Assembly (NCBI GenBank): GCA_051362555.1
Contig: CM120641.1
Coordinates: 34,602,401 to 34,666,400, forward strand
Direction of reading: 5' to 3'
Origin: Lingula anatina
Taxonomy: Eukaryota > Animalia > Brachiopoda
DNA length: 64,000 nt
Shown: piece after piece, positions 48,301 to 60,558 of the stretch
Layout: each line of letters begins with the position of its first letter
How positions within the stretch are numbered: the first letter of the stretch is position 1
Position numbers and translations under genes: made by a program
Notes under the pieces: generated by a model
Seen by the model: only the letters and a program-made list of their open reading frames with translations
Database searches by the model: none
What the model was told of the DNA's origin: nothing

Positions 48301-51300
48301 TTGTGTTTTAGGAGAAATTGCGTTGATGATCAATTTCGTTTTCACAAAAAAGGACAGATTATATCTATTAGATAAAAACAGTACATTGAAGCAACAATAT
48401 TACAGACAAATAATGCCCTTAAGTTAAAGGGGGTGGGTTATTGGCGTGGAACACTCCATAAAACGGATTTTCTGTACATTTTTCAAAATTTTGGCTTATT
48501 GCCAAATATGAAACTCATCTTTGTCGTTGTTTCAAATGCTGTCCAGACACTTCATTTTGAGCATTCAGATCAACATTTCTCTTTCATTGCCACCTCTCGC
48601 CATCATTACACTGCGTGCGTTATCTCAATCTTTTTTTTTAACATATGAGGTTAAGATATCTTATGACATATAACGTTAATCAAATACAGAACCCAAATGT
48701 TTTATTTAATAAATCATTCTGCCTTTAAATAAGTAAACTTTTAACGCTACTTAATGGCCACAGCAAGGTGACAGCTATTGCCTTTGGAATGATAGGGGGA
48801 TAATTTGTAAAATTCTACGGACAGATAACATCAGTGTGGTTTTAGTAGGAACCTGAAGCATAAAGTATGTTATCAATAGCAAAGTTTAAAAATTATTCTC
48901 GCAATGAAATTCTGAATGAACACACAAAACTTCACTACAGTGTACAGTGTAGAAAGAGCTTGTAAACCATTACAAATTACTTGACGCGCGTTTTAGCCTA
49001 CTGCTAATGAGCTAAAATACTGAACAAAATAGCACCCTCATGGTATATGAGCAAAAATACTGAGAAAAATAACAAGAGGGTGTTCTGAGAAAATGTCAAA
49101 TTAAATTGTATGTTATCTGGCAATAATTTAATTACTATATCACACCAGCATATTTTGCGACAAATTCATAAAAAATCTTTAAAAAACTATAATGAGAACA
49201 CATAATAGACATGATCCTTTACATTATTAATCAAGTGGCTGTGCATGTATACACTTTCTTCCCAAACTATCCCATCCATTTCTTATAACTGCCTACGAAA
49301 AGACAGAAATACAATGGGGACTTCTGACAATTTTGTTTCGGCACAAAAAAAGGTATTAAGAATTCTTGGACTATAGAGTAGACATTGGAAACAGACGCAC
49401 GTGTCAATATAGAACTGTGATATTTGTTCTAATTGTAATTGTAATAATTATTTAAATAATTGATCAAAAAAGAATAAAACACAGTTTCATAAAAATGCAT
49501 GCTTTCCCTCTGAAAGCCAATGACAAGAATTTTATGAGAGACATTCGTTAAGTAAGAAATTGATAGAGATAAAAAGAATACTGCTTGAATAACGTCATGA
49601 ATAACGAATAAAGTTTGGGGCGTGGGTTTCAATTTTGACAAATAATGAAACTTTTTCTGGATCTGCTCAATAGCGGATTGCTGTATACTAGGAAATTTGG
49701 CAATTTGGCAAATAGGCCGCCATTTGTTGAAATGAAAATAGCAGAATGTGAAATGTGATGGAGCACTTGACGCCAGTCGCTCGGTACCCATGTTGGACAC
49801 TTCCATTTTGTGTTTTAAAAATGAACGCAGCTGCAAGGGGTAAAGTTAAGCAATGTGAATTCACCAAACGATTGTGCTGCAGTGCAAATTTCATGCAAAA
49901 CGATGATACTAACCACTTTAAAATATAATGAATTGCCCATTTATCTGAGTCGCGTAAAAGAGACCCATGCTGGCCGCCTTCATGCTTTGCATAGTTTTCT
50001 CGCCAACTTCCCCTGGCCAATTATAAGAATTATAAAGCCAACAACAATTACTCTGCCACATATTTCTAACTAAAAGACGCAAGAAAATGCATATTTCTTC
50101 TCTTCACGTTAATTATTTTCTATCATTCCAAATCAGCGGCAATGGCGTCATAAAAGTAAACAAGGACGCATATAGATGTGCACCGAACGGACATAACTTA
50201 AATTCCTGTTGAGTTACCATCCAAACCTTACTTTTCTAGTTGAATTAAACAATGTGGTTTTGTTTTGTATAAAAATATCCCAAAACAATTTTATTCACCA
50301 GTTCAGAAACCAATCAAAATACTACTTGCACTCCATGGCGGTTCACGATCGTCTCCATGTGCGCATTACCAATGTATTACATATACGGAAATGGTCACAT
50401 GATCAAGAAAATGGAAGCTCAGCTGGTGCTCGAAACATTTCATGCTTAATTTTTCAAAATATGTGTAGTTTTCGGCCCAGATTCACACCGGGTGAAGACG
50501 ATCTCATCTCCCCGGGGAAGATTCAGGCCTGGCCAGCTACTTGCGAACAATACCTTTCGCTGCCGGACCAGGTACTTTACCGCCGCTTGTGTACAAATTG
50601 ATTTCACATGCAACATAACCGTTACATTTGGAATTATTAACCTGTTATACTATATATGTCTTACCTCATATTTCTATATGTATATTTATGAAATACGCTT
50701 ATGCACAAATTGGCTTTATATGCATGTTTCTGACATGATATGATTAAACATATCCGTTATATTTTTGGACTGTTACATGTATCATCAATATTTATCAAAA
50801 CTCATATTTCTGTTCTCATATATAATAGCGATATGAATACTTCTTGGCATCTACATATTTTTTTAAAGAAACGACTTAAGATTTTCAACAAAAATACTTT
50901 GTTTAAAAATGGCGAATTACAAATAAAATTGGGCTTGGTTTTACATTCTGGATTTACTGCGCCACTACAGAAATAATCATTGCTGCACCCCTTTTCCTAC
51001 CATAAGAAACAAAATATTTCACAAAGTTGATATGTATATTTACTCTATGGCTAACTCTTCATCAAGTGCCCATATTGGATTTAATTCTACTTCTTTGCAT
51101 ATCTGTTGCTGAGGTAAAATTTGTTTACTTTTTAATTTTTTTAGAATTCTTAAATTTGTTCGGCCATTTGCCTTGTCTAGTTATTGAAATTGTTTATTTT
51201 ATTTTTGTAGGAATTTTTGCAGTTTTGGAATTGTATGTTTGCAGGCTTTGGCAATATATCAGGTGCATAGAAATCTTATAATCGATGACGTCAAATGAAA

Positions 51301-53619
51301 AGTTCGGGGCGTTTTTACACCCTGTCTTATATTCACAATCATTTCTCTTTGTTCAAAAAAGGTATAAGGTACAAACAATCGAAATATGTATTAACTTTGA
51401 AAGCCGAAAAATTTGTGATAAATTTATCAATTTTTTAAACATTAAAAATAGTTGGGAGGGGGTTATACGTTCTGTATATTAAAGGAGTTAATGTAGTAAT
51501 TGACAAAACATTGTATTAAGACTATTTTTCACTTGTATTGTAATTTTAATTATACAGAACAAAACACGATTAAGGGGTTATAAATCATTATTAGTTAGAG
51601 TAACTTGACTCAAAGAAAAATATGCCCACTTGTAAATTCGCTAGATTCAAGACAAAATCAGATCAAACACATACCCATCCATAAAAATGCGCTTGAATTT
51701 TTAAGCATTGTAGTTAAACCTCCTTCATGTTAATTGGAGTTTGAATAAAATCCAAGGATATTAAAGTTGTATCAATAGATTGTTTATTTTATTTCATTGT
51801 TAATGTCAGGGACATCCAGCATTGGGTTAAAATATGAGAGCATATTTTTGATATATATGAATATATCCATTCTTTTTAGATACTTTCTACCCCTTTATTC
51901 TATCAAATTTACTTTTATTAAATTAAGTAAGATAAACTTTCACGTTCTTAAACAAAGAAGGAACAATATCTTACAGACGTAAACTAAAAGGTTGCATTTC
52001 TCTAAAGCAACTATAATAGTATTAACATAACGATATCATATCAAAACGAAAAACGAAAAGCTTTTTGTTTGTCTGATTATTATGGATGCATAAAAAACAC
52101 CGAACTTCTTTTTCAAAAACTATACAATTCAACAATACAATATTATACTCAGTGCTGTTGGATGCTTTTGCACATGGTGCACATTGCACTTTTGTACATG
52201 GTCTTGGAAGTTTTGATTAAATAGCATTCACCGAATTCAAGTAGCATTCGTTACAAAAATTGTTATCCAAAATCGCCATACCTTAATTAGGAGTTTTGTA
52301 ATCTTGGTCTCTTGATGTTCTTCTTCCAAACCGTCTTTTCTATTATTAATTATAGTTTCAGTAAGGATGGGCCAACATCCTGTGTCAGTTCATGAACGGA
52401 TTATAACTGAGAACGGCTTGCATCGGCCATATAAGCGGTCATAAACGTACTACATCCGAAATCCCAAAATATTAACTCCACTACTTAGCAAAGCAGGATT
52501 AATGATTAATAAATTCGGAGAGGGGGTGGGTACAAAAGCCGGTCATTCCCAGTCCCTACCTCTGAGAGAATATGTAAGATGTGAAATGATGGGGTTGAGG
52601 ACGAAATCCATTTCCTCGTATGTTGTTCATTTTACGAACGTAAAAGACCGGATGTCATGAGGGATACTTGCATACCCTCAGAATTATGCAATTTAAAAAA
52701 AACTTACAACAAAAGATTCCACGAATATAAAGGCACGCGCTATATGAACGTGTTTTAGAGAAAGAAGCGATCTATTGACTACCAGAAAGTGATCTGCAGA
52801 ATTTACAAATAAAACTTATACAATTTGAATCAGTAGTTGTATATTCCAAACAGAGCTTATTTACACTTTGAAATAGTATTAAATGTAACGGTTTTAATAT
52901 TCAAAAGTGTATAACTATCAGTTTTATGTATTCAAAGTTTTTCATTATAGATTAGCATATGTAACCATCACTTAATATTATTAGGTCACAGCCTTTTTGT
53001 TAAAAAATTGCTAGTACCAATAAAAACCACCGTTATTATATGACCTAATGGGAGACAACTTCTAGGCCTGTCGAGCCGAAGAAACTGATTTCTACTAATA
53101 GGACAATATTTTAGAAGTTAGGAAAGATATATGGCAGGTTGAGGTTGGGAAAATGTACTTAAAAGAGACCAACGTGTGTGTGCAGCAGACCGATTTATTT
53201 CCTTTTTAAAGAAATTACAGGTAAAACTGGCAAAACTCTGAAACGCTAAATTGCATTTTTGGACTATGATTTTTTATTGAAGGCTATAGGGAACTAAAAC
53301 AAGTATGTGCCCAAAAGGAATAGCACCATTCCGTGTACTCATTGAATTATAGTGGTTAATTTTAAATCTGTCTATATCTGAACTTCAATTAGTTTCTTTT
53401 TTTTTCATTTACCCGATGTGGATAAAACGCCCGCTTGTTCACAAATATGTCGAAATTAGCCTATAAACGAAGATTCAATATCGACTTCTAGAATGCCCTC
53501 GAAACTTTTGCATTTCAATAATTGCTTTATATCACAAAATAGATTTATTATGGCTGTTGAAATATATTACATTTTTTTCACAGCGCGTAATGTGGCGCAA
53601 AAGGGCGATCGAAACATTC

Positions 53620-53654
<35 letters not shown>
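53620..53654. repeat. (ACT)n microsatellite
   Basis: About 11 units. Confidence 0.95.
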
Positions 53655-55240
53655 GATGCAGCTACTACGATTCCTACCACATGGTTAGATATAACGATAC
53701 CCCAAATGCACGGCTGTCGTGATAAGTAAATTTCACTGTAGTAAGCAAATAGAAAAACCAGTACGTATCCATCGCCCGGGTCGACATAATTAAGACCTTA
53801 ACAGGGAAAATTCTTGCGGTACCCAATCTAAAGTAATTGTCCCATTAGAATTTATCTAATCAATTAAAAAATTCTTAGCGCGCGTTCCTCCAATCTTTCA
53901 AATTTAAATATTATTGTAACTCTCGATAAAAGAAATGTTTTTTTTTCCAAAACAAATAATCATAATCGAACATAGTGAAAATCATTAACACTGCGAATTC
54001 TTGGAACATTATGTTCGCCCGAATGCTAAGAGATATCTATTCTTGGAAGTTTTTTAAAGTAAATCCAATGGCAAAATCCTGCTTTCCAGCCGTAGTATTT
54101 CCAGTCCTTTCTTTTGTTAACTACACCGTCAGGCGGGGGAGAAAGGCTATGGCATGATAAAAAGTAATGAATGGAGTAGATGTTTCAGTTATGATGCTTA
54201 TAAATTTATTAAACTTATAGGGATAACAACTCTTAATTTTGCTCAGAAAAGTTCCACGAAACGGATTTTCTTGGGGTAAACGACGATTTCCCCACACTTG
54301 CCAATGGAACTTAATGACTCCATTCCGACTTTCAAAAAAAGTCGGTTGTTTGTTTTCAAAAGTACTTTTTTTAATAATCTCTTACGGAGGGTAGTCATCT
54401 ACGAAGGTCCACGTGGTCCGATGGCAAGAGCAGATTTCAGTATAATTGCGATGTCCGTCCCTATTGTTAAAATGGAATTTTTTATATTTCTTCGTGTTGT
54501 TTACAACATATTCCTTGTGAGATTTTGAATCTCATCTGAAGAGTTGCTATCCCTTTGAAGCTTTAAGCAGGAGAAGTATGAACTTCTCTCAGCATTCAGC
54601 ATAATTTATTGCATGAGGATGAAACAGGATATAAAGACAAAACATACAGGTCATATACAGCGCTGGTAATTGTGAATGATAGTTCTGAGCGCCACATATA
54701 CTGCTGCTTGGGTCGTATTCTCCCCAGAATGATGAACGGATTGAACGGATGCAGGATTGAACGGATCCATAATAACCAGGCATATACTGCAAAAAGCAAA
54801 TTTAATCTGTTAAAACAGATTTTAAATTAATAACTGGAAAAGAACTTCCGTTGTATCATCCAACTGTTATGAGTTGTCATTAATTTATGTTATCAATATT
54901 ATTATTATTATTATTCCACACTCTACAGAGCTTTGTTTGAATAGAGACCTATATATAATAATTATTTATCATTGTTTTACATGTTACCATATGGTTTTAT
55001 CTTAATTCTAAGAAAGGCAACAATAATGCTTTCAACGAAAAAGGATTTCGTGTGATGCAAGATATACTGGATGATGTCATGTAATATGATTAGAGATAAC
55101 AGCGAGATTAACATTCCTCATGTCACGGTAAAGTGGGTACACCTCTGTAGATGTGACCACAAAGCCCATAGCGCCACACACGCCTGCCACACACGACTTT
55201 TGTCAGAATGTGCACACATTTATGTATAATGTTAGAAAAT

Positions 55241-56180
55241 CAGGCCTTCCCAACTACCAGACTCGGCACCTACGGGTCCAGTATAAACCGGTTTATCAGA
55301 CCACACTACCCGTTTTCAAGGTGTGTGTCAGATCGCATTACAGAGTATCAGCCACCACACCGATTTTGCCTGGTGCGCGATGTGATAGCAATGATCCTAA
55401 GCGGAGTTGGAAAGTAGTGCATCTCTTCTAGATTCATGCGCTGCTGCAATTTTCTCTGTTTATGCCAAAATCTGACAGTACCGCAATTTTTAACATAAAA
55501 TTTAGGTTCGGACATAGCCAATGATGTTTTGTAAATAAGAACTTGCAAACTTATATATTAATTTAGAAAAGTAGACCTAATTTTGATAGCGGAAGCATAT
55601 TCTGTCGGGGGTTAAATATTTTCATGACTACCGGGATGGACGAGATTGAGGGCAGGGGTAATCCTAGAGAGGGGTGAGAAACGTCCATTGTTCTCGTCAG
55701 CGAGGCTGTCCTTTTTCAGGGTTTGTACGCACGGACAGAAAACTTAAGTATTGTGGTAGTACTAGTAGATATCAGCCTGTAGTCTTGAACAAGCGCCTCG
55801 ATGACGAGTGAACAGTTGTCAAAAACAAAAGACCCAGGTGTGGTAGTTCAACTACTGTTCATGCGTGCCGCAACGACCAAACCTAATTGCTCCTCAAGGT
55901 CACAAAACAATAACCGGTACTGACGGCTAGGCTCGTCTTAATCATATAAGTCGCGCGTTTCCACCCCCTGATTGAGGGAGTCGTCTGTTGTATTCATACG
56001 ACTCCTACTTGACGAAAACGAGGCGCGATACCCGGATGACAGGTGGGCTTACAGATTTTGTGATAGGGTATGATACTCTTTTATGCGATCTGACACACAC
56101 CTTGAAAACGGGTAGTGTGGTCAGATATACCGGTTTATTCTGGACCCGTAGGTGCCGAGTCTGGTAGTTGGGAAGGCCTG
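55241..56180. mobile_element. 940-bp non-autonomous DNA transposon, 110-bp TIRs, 5-bp TSD
   Basis: Arms 55241-55350 and 56071-56180 match at 105/110. aaaat flanks both ends (55236-55240, 56181-56185). Termini CAGGC...GCCTG. No transposase ORF. Confidence 0.93.
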
Positions 56181-56699
56181 AAAATACAAGATTTTGGCAC
56201 TTTGACGCAAATAATTTCACAGTAGTGACCCTCAGAGTGGCGTAAAAGCTACAGTATGGTAAATTTGCGACAACAACTGTTTTTAACCTTAGGCTATTCT
56301 CTACCCTTTTTCTAATAATAATGATACTATTGTTTGTTTGCAACTACCAGTAGTTGGATCGTATAGTAAGTAATAAATGCGTTACTAAAATTGAAATTAA
56401 ATGAGTTTTAATTAAGGTGTTAAAACGAATTAAAATGATATTTGGTACATTGAGGATATTCAAAATACATTAAGATATCGGAGTCCTTATTAAAAACCGT
56501 AATAAAAGTCCGTTAAATCATTAATGCATTCAGTGCCCATGAATGTCTTTTAACATCTGACAGGTCTCAATTTCTCTAGAAAAATAAACGATATATGTTT
56601 GGTTTTGCTTTATTTTAATGTTGTTGTTGTTTTATTACCATTGGCCCAGAGAGTGAGAACTGCTGTCGCAGTTTTGGAACTTGTCTTGCCTTTCAATTA

Positions 56700-58100
56700 T
56701 TCATAGCAAAGCATTGTAGTTTCGTTCACATATATTGGAAAGTTTCACATTCAGTTTGTGACAAATTTATTTATAACTACAAAGAACACAGATCCATGTT
56801 TTGCATCTTGCGGTCAACCTGCGCTGATGTGTAGCCATATTGATTCTGTATTTTCAATTTTGACACATTGTTTTCTCTCCGTCAAGAAGCAATAAAACCA
56901 ATGTGCAACAATTTCCGATATCCCCACGCTATAGAGCTTTTGGATGAGCAGAGTGAGCTCAGTTCTGTCGAAAGCCTTAGTATTATCCACCAGCAGCATT
57001 CTCGCACATTGTCCATATTGTTTAGGGTCAATCTTGTTGGTCACAACATCCCAAATACACTCAACAATAAAACTCTGTAGTATCTTGGAATGAAGTGGAG
57101 TTAATGAAATGGGTCTGATGTTTGTTTCTATGTCCTTTAGTGCTGTGCATTTGGGTAATGGTGTTATATACATTGCATGCGTGTTTCAAGTGTGGCGGCA
57201 AATGTCCTTCAAATTAATTAAATACTAGAACGGCCAGATATCCTGCTAAATTATGGAGAATCCAGTAAGGAATTTTATCCGGCCCCTACGGCTTATGAAC
57301 GTTGACTAATGAGTAAAGTTGTAATAGGGCTATTTCAACTCTGTTGGGCTACGGTATATTTCACAAGTATGGGATCCACTGTTTCGACGCACTTTGGTTC
57401 TAATGGTCCAAAGTCAGTTGTAACAGTTTGTAGAAATTGATTTATAAACTGGACTAAGAAACAGATCATCATTGCATTCGCTGTAATCTTAGCTGAGTAA
57501 GGAATCGCTCTGTTGTTTGTCCAGTCAACAATTCAGTGTCTTTCCAGCACTGGATCCATGTGCCATCTGGTACTTCTTTCATTTTTCCATGGCAAAAAAA
57601 AACTTCCTCTGTGTTTTTAAAGTCTGCTGATTCTATTTTTGTAATGCCTATACACGATCGTGTGATTCTCCATCCATTGTCTCTTCTTAACCAGGTCTCT
57701 AAATTGATCACTGACCATTGTTTTTTCATTGTTCTTTTTCAGAGTTTTTGATGGGTAAGTCCTCTTCATAAGGTTGTTGACAATGTTTTGAAAGCAGGCG
57801 AAATAAGATATTGAAGAGTGGTCTCCAGTCAACATTATTCAGAGCATTGGAAAACAGTTCGTCATTTTTTTTCCAAATGTTCTCTTTTTAATATAGATTT
57901 TCATGGGCTGTACGAAGCCAATGCCCACTGCTCGAGTGCATTGCACAGCATTGTGATCGGAGTTTCTAAGTGGACAAAGAATTTAAATAACTTTATGACT
58001 TTTGTTCATTTGAAGATAATAGAAATCCTTACTCTAAAATATTCTTTTATTCATTCAATCATGTTTATGAAAATATCATTATTTATTGAAGTAGCCTTTT
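56700..58100 (-). mobile_element. decayed non-LTR retrotransposon (CR1/L2-like) ORF2 fragment
   Basis: RT remnants IRPISLTPLHSKILQSF, LLVDNTKAFDR, WFYCFLTERKQCVKI, G*PQD (from GVPQG). Upstream endonuclease-end remnant PLRNSDHNAV. Many stops and frameshifts; ends approximate. Confidence 0.85.
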
Positions 58101-58874
58101 TTACACCAAATATCAAAAATGTAAATATTCACCAATATCTCAAAATCCATTTGTCATAATTATTCGATATCGAGCATACTCTTTTTGAAAATATAACATT
58201 AACTGGTAGCTATTCACCGACCAAAAAATCGAACTGTATAGCAATGTAATAACGTAATAGTACACAAAGAAATCGAAAGTGAGTATATGTGTACATGAAA
58301 AGACTTAAGACAAAATGCACCAACGGAATGGAGGACGGAAAACGTACATGTATTACAAAAGTTCTTAGCAATTATTGTCCGTAGTAGCCAAGTTTCTATG
58401 TAGACTTACCGGTATTCCGGGGCGTACGTTCGACATCGAAATCAAACAGAAGAAATGAGGGTTAGAGAGACGCAAGTATATTTGGGATTTCGTGGGACAT
58501 TCTGTGAGATAGAAATGACAATGCCCTGCGAAATCCTAAACGTGCATGTACGACACTCCTTTCACACGCAAGGACAGAGTTTTCAGCTAAGGAACCGGCT
58601 TCTGGTTAACCATCTCAGTGGAAAACGGATATCCTTTCGTCATTTCAATCTCCGTGCATGTACAGTAGCAGCAATAGGAAAATCAAGGTATGTGATTCTG
58701 TTTGCGTATAATTTAATGGTAATGAAAAATATCTTGTACCGGGTAAATGTATAGGAGCAATTAACATGGAAGGAGGTGGGGAAAGGGTGCTTGATCCAAG
58801 CCTCCCTACATATATATCGGACGTGCAAACAAACGGATCTTCCAGTGGAATGTACGCATTTTACTAAGTAAAAC

Positions 58875-58903
58875 CAAGGAGTTATAACAGTTATAACTCC
58901 TTG
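58875..58903. mobile_element. 29-bp palindromic micro-element with 7-bp TSD (P-element-like termini)
   Basis: gtaaaac|CAAGGAGTTATAAC-A-GTTATAACTCCTTG|gtaaaac. Confidence 0.7.
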
Positions 58904-60558
58904 GTAAAACTGATTACACAAGCAGTACCCGTATCCATTAAAGGGATAATAACTCTTCGTATGAAATCTACATTTCACAATAAAAACATTGTGAATAACT
59001 CATAGAAATATAATATATTCTGTTTTACCACAAAAAACGGCAGTTATAGCTATTATTCTGATATCTGAGCTTGTCTTTAGACCACGTGACCTCCATTGAT
59101 GGCTATACTCTGTTAAAATCTCTTAAGAGATTTTAACAAAAAACCAAACTTTTTAGAAAAAAACCAGGGACTAACTTTGAATGTAAAAATGGATTCGTTA
59201 ACCATTGGTAAGTATGGGAAAATTGTTGTTTACTCCAGGAAAATTCATTTTTTGGCCGAAACGAAGAGTTATTATCCCTTTAATACTGTTTTGCGAGTTC
59301 AATATGCTTTCGAATTTTTTACATAGCTTGAGCTGTACTACAAGTACAATTGTAAAATTGATATCAAACACACACATTTTCCAAAAAATTGTGACCTAGG
59401 TTTAAAACAAACGCTATCGCTTATGTTTTGTCATACAAAAAAACTTGCAGAAGAGGGTATATTATCAGCTCGAAGAGCGGCCATCTTGGAATTACGTTCG
59501 GCTAAAGATTGTGTACACAGTTCGCACAGTACGCATTTCCTTTTGTTAGATATTAGCTCTCATTTTCATTTTTAATTGTCCTTTAGAAATTTTCATCCAC
59601 GTCTTACTGCCTTGTCATATGGTTCAATAAGTTCTAACTTTCTTACGAGGTCGATTATTTTACCCGCGCCTTGAATCCCTTCCTCCCGCCCCCTTCCAAG
59701 TGTATCAACGCTTCCCGACATCAACAGCACCCATACTATGTACATTTACTGTTTTTTTAATTTTACAGGGGATCTGGAATTTTCTGCCAAATTATTGCAA
59801 AAAAAAAAAAAAATGATACAGATCTGGACATTTAAACACTTTAAACTTTTATCAATACCACACCCGTGCGAGGTACTTATCTAATTAAACAAATTTACAG
59901 CTAACAAAGGGGGATCCTGGAGATAGGAAGGGGCTAGGGCAAAAAATAAAGTGTATAAAAATAATTGCTCTCCTTTTTCTTGATATCAAGGATCTCCCAA
60001 TATCCTCAAAATATTAACAAAACAAATGTACACATATATATACCAAAAATAACAAAAAGCACTTTTATTTATTGAAAAATGCTATTATCTGTTTATGCAT
60101 TATATTCTTCAAATAGATTATGATTATCTGAAAGAAGAATAAATTCACTTTATAAATAATTCTGGACAAAGCATACATTACTGGCACTAATTCTGACAAG
60201 TGGCTTGAGTTACATAAGATTCATCACGCAACCTATGAAACATATTAGTAATTACATATCATGAAAAAATACCTTGGGCAAAGTAACACCAGTTAGGTAT
60301 AAACACAGTACATGTTGCATGTTATTCTTGAATTTTATAGCCTTAGTTGTTTACTTCTTAGAATACAACTGAGTCAAAGTTGATTCTGTAAGTTTATCAG
60401 GCAAGAAAACATTACGCAATATTTGCCTTGTCACTGGTTTATCTCCACTGAAAAATGAATACTGCATCTCAACAGTTAAGTGGCACAGAACTTGGTCAGG
60501 GATCTGGACCTTGATGAACTGACCATTTTATCCATAAGGTTACATGGTTCCTAGCATT

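Noticed and set aside
54530-54590. second hammerhead candidate at CTGAAGA
   Set aside because: No GAAA after helix II and no helix I/III closure.
55153-56343. Near-identical peptides in ORFs 55153+ and 56005-
   Set aside because: They are the two TIRs of the 940-bp element, not duplicated genes.
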